Positions 48,952 through 57,465 of a stretch of 64,000 nt of DNA are shown here, piece by piece. The notes under the pieces are model-generated. The model was not told where the DNA came from. It saw nothing but the letters and a program-made list of their open reading frames with translations, and did no database searches. This DNA comes from Alphaproteobacteria bacterium. Its GTDB lineage: Bacteria > Pseudomonadota > Alphaproteobacteria > Rs-D84. The position numbers and the translations under genes were made by a program. How positions within the stretch are numbered: position 1 is the first letter of the stretch; each line of letters opens with the position of its first letter. The DNA is taken from contig JAWPOE010000001.1 of NCBI GenBank assembly GCA_033345195.1, forward strand, positions 8,192 through 72,191. Reading direction: 5' to 3'.

Positions 48952-50004
48952 TTATTGATTTTCTGTAATTGGTGTCCAGCTGTATACAAATCCACCTTCG
49001 GCTTCTGCACTTGGTGTCACAGCCAACACACACATTGTGCCACTTTCATTTGTACATTCGGCTGGGACATTTGCCGTTGCCAATTTACCCAATGCAACCT
49101 GTTGTACTTCTGTGATTTTACCATCAACCATTGTCACACCAGACAATACACTGCCTGCCGCGGCTGTTCCATTGCTGTCCAATGTTGCGATTTGTTGTGT
49201 TGTAAAGTCTTTCGCATTTTGTTCTGCGGTATTAATTGCCGTCTGTTCTGCTTCTTCTACTGTGTTTTTTAGCGCATATTTTGTTGGCAGTTCTGCGATT
49301 GTTGCCTTGGCATCCGTCAAGTCTGTACTCAGACCAGAAATCGAATTAGAAATCTGAGTTTGTGTTTCTTCCTTGGTAAATGCATTTGTGATGCCATAGC
49401 CAGCCAATGTTGTTGCCTTGTCTGCCTTGGTTTCGATATCTTGTGCGTTCTTTGCGATATCTTGTGCGTTCTTTACAATATCTTCTGCGTTCTTTGCAAT
49501 ATTGCTTGTATTTGTTGCAACTGCACCTTCGGCCAATTCTTTTACTTCTGCATCAGTATAATTGTTGGCTTCAGCCAATGCCGCTGCGATATCATATGCA
49601 ACAGAACCTTCCTTAGACGCATCGCCTTCCAAGGTATCCAAACGTGTGACGATTCCTGTAATATTACCGCCAGACGCTTCATCCAACGCTTCAATCTTAC
49701 CTAAATTAGATGCAATATCTTCTGTCTGTTTTTTATCAATCAAGGCTTGCGCTTGTAAATGCGCTTCATACGTTTCTGTTGTAACCCTGGCATCAATTGC
49801 GCTTTGCATTGTTGCGGCATCTTGCTTGGTCTGGTATGTGTTGGCAACGGTGTTAGACAAATCTGTTACGGATTGTGATGTTGCCAATGGCGCAACCTTG
49901 TTATCAACATAGCCTGTTGATGCAACGCTGATTGCAGCATTTGCACTGGTGGCACCCAAAATCGCCGCCATAAAACCAGTAAACATAATATTTTTTACTT
50001 TCAT
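48952..50004 (-). CDS. Secreted coiled-coil fibre protein paralog D (350 aa)
   Basis: Signal peptide MKVKNIMFTGFMAAILGATSANA, identical to paralog C. Contains ASTGYVDNKV, TLAGYGITNAFTKEET and C-terminal PAECTNESGTMCVL..GGFVYSWTPI. Confidence 0.7.
   Translation of the reverse strand: MKVKNIMFTGFMAAILGATSANAAISVASTGYVDNKVAPLATSQSVTDLSNTVANTYQTKQDAATMQSAIDARVTTETYEAHLQAQALIDKKQTEDIASNLGKIEALDEASGGNITGIVTRLDTLEGDASKEGSVAYDIAAALAEANNYTDAEVKELAEGAVATNTSNIAKNAEDIVKNAQDIAKNAQDIETKADKATTLAGYGITNAFTKEETQTQISNSISGLSTDLTDAKATIAELPTKYALKNTVEEAEQTAINTAEQNAKDFTTQQIATLDSNGTAAAGSVLSGVTMVDGKITEVQQVALGKLATANVPAECTNESGTMCVLAVTPSAEAEGGFVYSWTPITENQ
49432..49515 (-). repeat. 21-nt (7-aa) in-frame tandem repeats x4 (NAxDIxK)
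   Basis: The unit gatatcttgtgcgttctttgc repeats, encoding NIAKNAEDIVKNAQDIAKNAQDIETK. Confidence 0.8.
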
Positions 50005-50075
50005 TTTGCTTTCCTTTCTTTTCGTTTTTTATTTTATGTCATGTTCCATGGCGGAAATTTGACATTGGTTAATCT
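49940..50075. repeat. 136-bp near-identical 5' cassette (signal peptide, RBS and upstream region), copy D
   Basis: Matches 51153-51288 with only a few mismatches, while the gene bodies are diverged. Confidence 0.9.
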
Positions 50076-50116
50076 TGCCCCGGGGGCGCTTTTGCCCCCA
50101 CGGACTATTTTTTATA

Positions 50117-51217
50117 TTATTCCAGAACAATTTGAATTTGTGTGTACTCTGGATTACCTTGTTCATCAAATGTGACGATATAGTCGCCCTTGTTATTGCT
50201 CTGCAAAAGTGCATTTGCCTCTATCGTATCAACATCAGATTGTAATGTATCGATTTCACCTTCGGCTGTTTGCAAACGTGTGTTAATGCCGTTAACGGTT
50301 TCTTTTGTTGCGGCGGCATTTGCCACAGTTTCTACAGCAGTCAATGCTTCTGTTGTTGCATATTTTGAATGGTCAATCGCTTCTAAAGTATCCAAACGCC
50401 CATCCAAAGAGGTTTCCAAATCTGTCACAGAAGACTTTGTCGCCAAATTTGCTGTGGCGGCTCCAACCTTGGTATCAATTGTACCACCATCTTCGGTGAT
50501 ATCTGTGATACTTGCTTTGATTGCATTATCAATTACGTCTTGGTCACCAGATGTTCTGTATGCATCTAATGCAGTTTTGTCTGCCTTGTCTGCGACGGTT
50601 GCTGCCAAGTCTGTCACAGACGCCTTTGTTGCCAAATCTTTGGTGGCATTTGTAACTGCTGCGCTAACATCTGCTGCTGTCTGGGCGGCATTTGCCTTGG
50701 CAATTGTATCATTTGTTGCCAATGTTTGATTCAATGTATTAATATCTGTCTGGGCATCTTCACCGGCCTTTAATGCGGCTGCGATTGCGTTTGCGGTTGC
50801 ACCACCCTCTTTTAACGACGTTTCATTCGCTGCGACACGTTCCGTTAATTCTGCCAAATTTTCATTTGTTGCAATACCTGCTGTTTTTTCCTGAACATAG
50901 CCAACGATATCTGTTGCCGTTGCCCCTTGCGGAATTGTACCAACCTTTGTTTCCAACGCATCAACTTCGCCTTGAACGCCAGATACAGCACTGTTTACAT
51001 CTGTTGTTTTTGCATATTCAGACAAATTAACACCGATTCTGCCGTTTGTAATTGTGACATTGTCGCCTGCGTTAGCGTCTTGTGTCAATTTTGCCTGCAA
51101 TTTATTATCTGCATACTGTTTTGAAATCAATTGATGGGCTGCATCAACCGCGTTTGCACTGGTGGCGCCCAAAATTGCCGCCATGAAACCAGTAAACATA
51201 ATATTTTTTACTTTCAT
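50117..51217 (-). CDS. Secreted coiled-coil fibre protein paralog C (366 aa)
   Basis: Same signal peptide as D. C-terminal ..NNKGDYIVTFDEQGNPEYTQIQIVLE. Confidence 0.7.
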   Translation of the reverse strand: MKVKNIMFTGFMAAILGATSANAVDAAHQLISKQYADNKLQAKLTQDANAGDNVTITNGRIGVNLSEYAKTTDVNSAVSGVQGEVDALETKVGTIPQGATATDIVGYVQEKTAGIATNENLAELTERVAANETSLKEGGATANAIAAALKAGEDAQTDINTLNQTLATNDTIAKANAAQTAADVSAAVTNATKDLATKASVTDLAATVADKADKTALDAYRTSGDQDVIDNAIKASITDITEDGGTIDTKVGAATANLATKSSVTDLETSLDGRLDTLEAIDHSKYATTEALTAVETVANAAATKETVNGINTRLQTAEGEIDTLQSDVDTIEANALLQSNNKGDYIVTFDEQGNPEYTQIQIVLE

Positions 51218-51288
51218 TTTGCTTTCCTTTCTTTTCGTTTTTTATTTTATGTCATGTTCCATGGCGGAAATTTGACATTGGTTAATCT
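51153..51288. repeat. 136-bp near-identical 5' cassette, copy C
   Basis: See 49940..50075. It abuts the stop codon of paralog B (51290). Confidence 0.9.
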
Positions 51289-51289
51289 G

Positions 51290-52318
51290 TTATGGTTGTG
51301 ACAAGATTTCAACCGCTTCCCAGCTGACGTTTTCACCCTGAACATTTGCCAACCACATACCATTGCCATCCGGTGCAGGGATATAGCCCGCAGTCTTTAT
51401 TGTGGCAATATCCTGAGTATTTGTTGCGATATTCTGGGTATTAGTTGCGATATTCTGGGCGTTTGCAGAAATTGAACCGCGAACCTCTGTATCATCATAG
51501 TTTTCTAAGTCCGCGACCGTGGTTTCCAGTGTCTGTACACGACCTTCATACTCTTTCGCTGCATAAACATTGGACAATTTACCAATTTCTGTATCGGTAT
51601 AACCCTTTGCCTCTGTCAACGCATCACTGATACGGGTTGCAACGCTACCTTCACCAACCTGGGTTTTCAAGTCATCTACTTCCCCTTCTAATTCTGTAAA
51701 TGTCGCATCTGTTGCAATACCCTTTGTATTCAGAACACCATCTACCAATTCCAAATTCGTACCCAAGGTAAATGCATCTTGTTTCCCTCTCAGAAAACCA
51801 TCTGTTTCGCCTTTGGTGTAAACATCACTTGCATTTGCCTTACTTGCAACTGCTGCGACTGCATTACCTGCTGCTGTCTTTGCTTCATCTGCTGTTGTTT
51901 TTGCGGTATTTGCAGTTTCTGTTGCAGTTTGCGCTGCTGCGGCTGCACCTTCTGCTGTTGCTTTTGCGGTACTTGCAGTGGCTGTTGCAGTTTGTGCTGC
52001 TGCGGCTGCACCTTCTGCTGCTGCTACTGCCTCTGCTGCGTCTGATTTTGCATCTGCTGCGTCTGATGCCGCGCCTGCCAATGCAGTCGATACAGAAACA
52101 TCCACACCATCAATATTGACAGTGGCATTTTCCATATCAGCACTAACAACGTTACCTGTAATATCGATACCAGTACCCGCAGTCAACGTATCTTGTTTAT
52201 TTGCTATGGCCTTGGTTACGTAATCTGGCGATACAATCTGAACCGCCGCATTCGCCGCACCAACGCCCGACAGAATTGCAGCTGCAAATCCTGAAAACGC
52301 TATATTTTTTACTTTCAT
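51290..52318 (-). CDS. Secreted coiled-coil fibre protein paralog B (342 aa) with foldon-like C-terminus
   Basis: The start was set at MKVKNIAFSGFAAAILSGVGAANA. Contains the TAA-stalk-like SANAQNIATNTQNIATNTQDIAT and the C-terminal GYIPAPDGNGMWLANVQGENVSWEAV. Confidence 0.7.
   Translation of the reverse strand: MKVKNIAFSGFAAAILSGVGAANAAVQIVSPDYVTKAIANKQDTLTAGTGIDITGNVVSADMENATVNIDGVDVSVSTALAGAASDAADAKSDAAEAVAAAEGAAAAAQTATATASTAKATAEGAAAAAQTATETANTAKTTADEAKTAAGNAVAAVASKANASDVYTKGETDGFLRGKQDAFTLGTNLELVDGVLNTKGIATDATFTELEGEVDDLKTQVGEGSVATRISDALTEAKGYTDTEIGKLSNVYAAKEYEGRVQTLETTVADLENYDDTEVRGSISANAQNIATNTQNIATNTQDIATIKTAGYIPAPDGNGMWLANVQGENVSWEAVEILSQP
51405..51467 (-). repeat. 21-nt in-frame tandem repeats x3 (NxQNIAT)
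   Basis: tgcgatattctgggtattagt and two variants. Confidence 0.8.
51893..52018 (-). repeat. 63-nt in-frame tandem duplication (AEGAAAAAQTAT.TA.TAK.T x2)
   Basis: Two 63-nt units read directly in the sequence. Confidence 0.85.
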
Positions 52319-52384
52319 TTTTTTCCTTCCTTTTTTTGTTTTGGTGCGGTATAAACGCAACCGTTTTTGTTAAAATTCGTTACC

Positions 52385-53983
52385 TTATTCTGTCACCTGG
52401 GACGGATCATCAACAACCATCACCGTCACCCATTCACCCGTGCCATCGCCATTAGATACCAACATCGCCATTTCACCATCCGTCATGTTGCCCGTATTTA
52501 ATTTCGCCACCGTCACGGATTTATCTGCCAACTTTGCTGTCGTTACAGATCCATCTGGAATCGTATAACTATTCAACGCCGTTTCGACAACGTTAGAAAC
52601 CTGGGTATGTGTCGCATATGTTGCCATATCAGGTGTATCAGACAAATCATCATACGAACCCGTAAATGCAACATCCGCCAAACCTGTTGGGATTTTTAAT
52701 TCAACCTGATCAACACGCGCATTCGTTGCATAATCCGCCACATCCAATGAATTCGCAATCTGGGTCGCAACAGACTCATCACCAACCAAGCCCTGCAACG
52801 CAATAATATCTGTTGCATTTTCATTCGCCATATTACTTGCAGAATCCGCCGTTGTTTTTACCGCCGCAATATCAGACGCATTTTGCGCAACCGACGCAGA
52901 CAAACCAGACAAATCAACACCACCCGTGACCGCCGCAATCTTTTGTTCCAATTCTGCCTTTAATGCCGCCATTTCAGTTTCTGAAACCGTATCCGCAATT
53001 GCATCGTTTAACGCCGCCTCTAAATTTCCCAGCGCCGTCTTTGTCGCATAATCATTTGCCGTCGACTGCAACACAGCCACATCTGCCTGCAAATCAGTTA
53101 TCTGACCTGCGGTCACAATATCAGACGCCAAAACATCCGCCAACTGTGTTTGCAAGTCTTCTAAATCAGACCGCTTCGCATAATCACCAATCGCCTGCTT
53201 GGTTTCAATCAAGGCCTTTAACTCTGCCTTGGCCGCTTCCAAATTCGCCGTTGACACAAAACCCGTTACATCCGGAATATCTGCCGCCGTAATAAAACCA
53301 GTATCATTTTCCAACTCTGACAATTTTGTTGGAATATTTGCAACAACATCATCAATCGCAGACTGCAACGCATCAATTGCAGACTTTGCCGCAAAATCAT
53401 TTGCCAAATCATATTCTGCGGACACACCATCTTGAACAACTGTCAATTTCCCATCCGCATAATCAACCGTTGTATGCACACCTGAAATTGCAGACAAATC
53501 AGCCGCTAACTCTTCAACCTTTAATTCAACACCCTTAAACTGCTCTGGAATCGTCGGACCATTTGGCGTATAGTCCGTAAATTGTTCCAAAACCTCAATC
53601 CTGGTCTGCAAATCACCAGTATCACCAGAACCACTGCCCGGCTTATTATTACCACCAGATTGCGTTATAGATGAACTGCCCAACGCACTTGACCCCGCCA
53701 AATACTTACCAATAGATAAACGAGGCGTTGTCGCAGAACGGGTCGACGAAACACGCGTCCCCGCCGTTTTACCTGTTGAATTCACACGCATCGCACCACC
53801 ACGTACAGCGTTAATCGCACTGCTGCCTGCCGACGATTTTGCAGACGCAGCACTGGACGTGCCATTATACGTCCCAACACCGCCCAACGAGCGCACAGAC
53901 GCCGCACCAAACGCAGGCGCAGCCATAGCCGTACACAACACACAAGCAATGGAAAGCGTTGAAATTTTCAGTTCTTTTTTCAT
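52385..53983 (-). CDS. Secreted fibre protein paralog A (532 aa)
   Basis: Signal peptide ending APAFG. Contains the phage tail-fibre-like motifs LSELENDTGFITAADIP and LADVAFTGSYDDLSDTP, and the C-terminal GEMAMLVSNGDGTGEWVTV. Confidence 0.7.
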   Translation of the reverse strand: MKKELKISTLSIACVLCTAMAAPAFGAASVRSLGGVGTYNGTSSAASAKSSAGSSAINAVRGGAMRVNSTGKTAGTRVSSTRSATTPRLSIGKYLAGSSALGSSSITQSGGNNKPGSGSGDTGDLQTRIEVLEQFTDYTPNGPTIPEQFKGVELKVEELAADLSAISGVHTTVDYADGKLTVVQDGVSAEYDLANDFAAKSAIDALQSAIDDVVANIPTKLSELENDTGFITAADIPDVTGFVSTANLEAAKAELKALIETKQAIGDYAKRSDLEDLQTQLADVLASDIVTAGQITDLQADVAVLQSTANDYATKTALGNLEAALNDAIADTVSETEMAALKAELEQKIAAVTGGVDLSGLSASVAQNASDIAAVKTTADSASNMANENATDIIALQGLVGDESVATQIANSLDVADYATNARVDQVELKIPTGLADVAFTGSYDDLSDTPDMATYATHTQVSNVVETALNSYTIPDGSVTTAKLADKSVTVAKLNTGNMTDGEMAMLVSNGDGTGEWVTVMVVDDPSQVTE

Positions 53984-54064
53984 GTTTTCTCTCTACTGAT
54001 ACTAAGTTTATCACAATCCGCGAATCGGGGTCAATACCTTTTTCTGACTTTTCCTAAAAAAAAA

Positions 54065-54778
54065 TTAAAATTCGTATCTTAATCCGATTGAAATTGAATT
54101 ATCCCAAATCATACCAATGTCGTTTGAAATATCATACGTATTGCCATCTAAATGCTCAAACGCACGTTCATGCTTTGGCCCCCACAGCATCGCCAAACGA
54201 TAACGCAAATCCAACAACAAATTATAATCCAGATGATACGACCAACCACCCATCAACCCGAACATTGGCGAAATATTGCGTTCAGTATTATCACCACCGG
54301 AAAAGAACACTCCTTGTAAACGCGTCTTTGGCATCGCAATACCAAGCCCCGCACCAACATAAAACCCATTTGCAAAATCATAATACCCATTCGCCATTAA
54401 ATAAGGTATTGTTAACTTGAATGTTGTACCGCGTTCCTCCTCTTCAAATTCAGAAATAATGCCTGCTTCGACTTCGGCACGCCAAAAATCTTCAAACGTA
54501 TGCCCAACAAAAATATTTCCGCCAAACAACAATTCTGTAAAAGATTCATCAGGCAACAAACCTGCATCCGGTGCATTCGTGGAATAATCGTTTTCCCAAC
54601 TTAATAAATTCAAATCCAGGCGACCACCCATATACCACCAGCCTGCCTCTGCCCGATCGGTATAATCATATGCAACCTTATAACTGCCGTCCTTGTTCTG
54701 TTGCAAATTACTTGGCGCCGCATCCGCCACCGTTGCAACCAATGTGGCCAAGACCGCAAAAGATACCATTTTTTTCAT
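54065..54778 (-). CDS. Outer-membrane beta-barrel protein heading the fibre array
   Basis: Strong RBS TAGGAGGG, a signal peptide ending VADA, and C-terminal ..SIGLRYEF. Confidence 0.7.
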   Translation of the reverse strand: MKKMVSFAVLATLVATVADAAPSNLQQNKDGSYKVAYDYTDRAEAGWWYMGGRLDLNLLSWENDYSTNAPDAGLLPDESFTELLFGGNIFVGHTFEDFWRAEVEAGIISEFEEEERGTTFKLTIPYLMANGYYDFANGFYVGAGLGIAMPKTRLQGVFFSGGDNTERNISPMFGLMGGWSYHLDYNLLLDLRYRLAMLWGPKHERAFEHLDGNTYDISNDIGMIWDNSISIGLRYEF

Positions 54779-54804
54779 GATAAAACCCTCCTAACTTTTC
54801 CTAT

Positions 54805-54813
54805 ACTATATCA
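54805..54813 (-). promoter_or_regulatory. Extended -10 element TGATATAGT upstream of the OMP gene
   Basis: Read on the minus strand, about 27 nt upstream of the ATG at 54778. Confidence 0.4.
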
Positions 54814-54911
54814 CAAAAAAGCCCATTTCCAAAATACAAAAAAAACAAAGATTGACTTTTTTTTGATTTTTTTGCCATCTTGGATGCACACAAAAAGAAA
54901 GGATTCACATC

Positions 54912-55231
54912 ATGAAAAAACTTTCTTTATTTTTATGGTATTAACTGATGACGCACGCGACGAATTAGAATCCCAGGCACTGTATGTAAAGAAAAACCCA
55001 GACGCAAATATCATTATCGAAGGTCGCTGTGACGAACGCGGTTCAACAGACTATAATTTGGCATTGGGCGCACTGCGCGCCGGGAACGCCGCACATATAA
55101 TAATCCAAGACGGTATTAAATCAGAACGTATCAAGACCGTATCTTATGGCAAAGAAAACCTAATTTATTCAGAAACAGGCGAAAAAGTTTGGGCAAAAAA
55201 TTGCAATGCAACAACACGCATCAGCAAATAA
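54912..55231 (+). pseudogene. pal: pal-like OmpA-domain remnant (frameshifted or truncated, no lipobox)
   Basis: ATG at 54912 with an AAAGGA RBS gives MKKLSLFLWY then a stop. The OmpA/Pal domain (IIIEGRCDERGSTDYNLALGALRAG..VSYGKE) is in the +1 frame from 54935. There is no Cys lipobox in any frame, and the first strand of the domain is missing. Confidence 0.55.
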
Positions 55232-55237
55232 AAAAAG

Positions 55238-55258
55238 TCCCCCAGTTGGGGGATTTTT
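55238..55258 (+). terminator. Intrinsic terminator
   Basis: tccccc-agtt-ggggga followed by ttttt. Confidence 0.6.
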
Positions 55259-55295
55259 ATTTGACGATAAAAAAAATTTTTACTATATTCCATGC

Positions 55296-56087
55296 ATGGA
55301 AGAAAAGACAGCTATATCATTTACAAACGTGTCTGCCAGATATGACGACACGCCCGACATTTTAACCGATGTTTCTTTTAACATCAGCAATGGCGCATTT
55401 TACTTTTTATCTGGTGCATCTGGTGCAGGAAAAACAACCTTGCTTCGCCTGATATACCAATTGCACAAACCGTCAACTGGTCAGATAAAATTATTTGGCC
55501 ACGTAACAAATAATATGACACGTGACGAAATAACCGCACTGCGCCACAAAATGGCAATTGTATTCCAGGAATATTCATTGCTGTCACACTTGTCTGTTTT
55601 TGACAATGTCGCCCTGCCCCTGCGTGTACGCGGCGTACCAGAACATAAAATCAAAAAACTGGTGGCCAAGGTATTGGACTGGGTTGGCCTGGGCAAATAC
55701 GCAGACGCAAATCCAAAATCATTATCTGGCGGACAACAGCAACGCGTATCTGTTGCGCGCGCAATTATTGTTCAGCCAACAATTCTGCTGGCCGACGAAC
55801 CAACAGGAAATCTGGACGACGAAAACGCATCACGCTTAATGGAACTGTTTATTCAGATGAACAAAATGTTTGGCACAACAATTATATTGGCCACACACAG
55901 CAAGAAACTAATGGATACTTACAAGTTTCCTGTAATCCATGTTGAAAATCACCGCGTTGGGTTTACTGGAAAATCTGCCGCCACACCACAACCAGAACCA
56001 GAATCAAAAAAAGTCTGGCGCGGTCCCAAACCACAAAGCTATTTTGCAGAACTATCGAAACAATTTGACGAAATCGGGAACGCATAA
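55296..56087 (+). CDS. ftsE: Cell-division ABC transporter ATP-binding protein FtsE
   Basis: The start was set at MEEKTAISF. Contains Walker A GASGAGKTT, signature LSGGQQQR and Walker B ILLADEP. Confidence 0.9.
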   Translation: MEEKTAISFTNVSARYDDTPDILTDVSFNISNGAFYFLSGASGAGKTTLLRLIYQLHKPSTGQIKLFGHVTNNMTRDEITALRHKMAIVFQEYSLLSHLSVFDNVALPLRVRGVPEHKIKKLVAKVLDWVGLGKYADANPKSLSGGQQQRVSVARAIIVQPTILLADEPTGNLDDENASRLMELFIQMNKMFGTTIILATHSKKLMDTYKFPVIHVENHRVGFTGKSAATPQPEPESKKVWRGPKPQSYFAELSKQFDEIGNA

Positions 56088-56926
56088 TGATTAAAAGACC
56101 TATTGTATTTTCACTGGTTCGTGAACAATCTATATTCATGACCGCAATCATGTCACTGTTGACATTCTTGTCCGTATTGGCACTGGGGGTTGCACTATCA
56201 ATTGGTACCGGGGTCATGCGTTGGAATAATCAGTGGGAATTATTCGCCACGGTTCAGGTTATGGACACGTCCAAAGCAGACATAACACAGAAAATAATAA
56301 AAGACAACACCGATAAAATCGCATCTGTGACGGAAATCACAACCGCCCAAATGCAAGAATTGATGTCCCCATGGATTTCGGGTGGCGGCGTTTTAAAAGA
56401 TTACCTGCCCAAAATGTGGGAATTAAAATTCAAAACAAAGTCGGACATGACATCGGTCGGCGAACAACTATCTAAGAACGCACGCTTTTTAACACATGCC
56501 AGCGCACTTAAAACCGCAACATCCGCAGGTTGGAAAATGATTGTTATGGCCGGATTAATTTTAGCATTAACCCTGGGTGCGATTGCAGTTTGCATTTCAT
56601 ACATCGCCCGCAACACCGCAATGTTGCACAGACGCGAACTGGAAATATTAAATCAAATTGGTGCGTCTGACAACTTTGTCGCGCGCCAAATGCAATCAAT
56701 CGTTGCACGCATATGCCTGACTGCGACAGGCGCCGGTTTTTTGGCCGCCACACCAGTATTATTGTTAATCATATCTTCTGCACACAGTGCGCGTGTCGGC
56801 CTGATGGCAATGATGGGCCTGTCTGGCATGGGTTGGATAATACTGCTATTGATGCCGATTGCGATTTTGGCATTTGCAATTTGGATAACCCGTCGAACCA
56901 CTTTAAAAATATTAAAAGACAGTTAA
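56087..56926 (+). CDS. ftsX: Cell-division permease-like protein FtsX
   Basis: TAATG overlap with ftsE; topology of 4 TM segments. Confidence 0.85.
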   Translation: MIKRPIVFSLVREQSIFMTAIMSLLTFLSVLALGVALSIGTGVMRWNNQWELFATVQVMDTSKADITQKIIKDNTDKIASVTEITTAQMQELMSPWISGGGVLKDYLPKMWELKFKTKSDMTSVGEQLSKNARFLTHASALKTATSAGWKMIVMAGLILALTLGAIAVCISYIARNTAMLHRRELEILNQIGASDNFVARQMQSIVARICLTATGAGFLAATPVLLLIISSAHSARVGLMAMMGLSGMGWIILLLMPIAILAFAIWITRRTTLKILKDS

Positions 56927-56932
56927 TAAATA

Positions 56933-57451
56933 ATGTTGCGACGTATATTAACCCCATCTTTTGTAATATTTGCGCTATTCATACTGGGTGGTATAATATT
57001 TAAATCCAGTGCACCCACACGCTGTGACGCCATTATGCCAAATGACAGTATTTTCGTACTGACCGGTGATGAACGTCGTATACCATTTGCCATGCGCCAA
57101 ATGCGAAAACACCCCAACGCAGACCTGTATATCATCGGTGCCGGTGCCCAAGGAAAAATAGAGGTTGCACGCCCCGCAGTTATAGAGGCAGAATCAAAAT
57201 CCACCTATCAAAACGCCCTGGCAATACGCGACATTGTCGTACGCCGCGACTTAAAACGAATTGTCATCATAACAACCGAAGACCACATTAACCGCGCAAA
57301 ATATTTAATCAAGCACGAATTACCAGAAACAGAAATTGTTACATGTCCCGTAACCTTGGTTGGTATGCCACCTGGAAAAAGACTTGAAAGATGGGTCACA
57401 GAATATGTAAAATACATCGTCACAATGATTGGAATCAAAGAAAGCAAATAA
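56933..57451 (+). CDS. DUF218 (YdcF/ElyC-like) protein
   Basis: N-terminal TM segment, then IFVLTGDERRI.. and ..STYQNA..IITTEDHINRA motifs. Confidence 0.65.
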   Translation: MLRRILTPSFVIFALFILGGIIFKSSAPTRCDAIMPNDSIFVLTGDERRIPFAMRQMRKHPNADLYIIGAGAQGKIEVARPAVIEAESKSTYQNALAIRDIVVRRDLKRIVIITTEDHINRAKYLIKHELPETEIVTCPVTLVGMPPGKRLERWVTEYVKYIVTMIGIKESK

Positions 57452-57465
57452 CAAAGGAAAAAAAT

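Noticed and set aside
49432-49515. A CRISPR-like regular short repeat array (also at 51405-51467).
   Set aside because: The units are directly adjacent with no spacers, are 21 nt long, are in-frame inside long ORFs and encode heptad repeats.
50190-50729. Long antisense or alternative-frame ORFs in the track (e.g. 50190-50729, 27877-28380, 22873-23436, 40586-41269, 43752-44177, 10173-10589).
   Set aside because: They overlap well-supported conserved genes or low-complexity repeats on the opposite strand or in another frame. They have no RBS, and their compositions mirror the real gene.
45240-53983. Prophage remnant as an explanation for the tail-fibre-like genes.
   Set aside because: No capsid, portal, terminase, tail-tube, baseplate, lysis or integrase genes flank them. 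All seven have Sec signal peptides, which phage fibres lack, and the array is led by an OMP gene.
54701-54934. The N-terminal 78 residues of the 176-aa track ORF as a genuine Pal N-terminus.
   Set aside because: This part overlaps the divergent OMP gene start and promoter. It has no signal or lipobox, and the only good RBS/ATG (54912) is in another frame.
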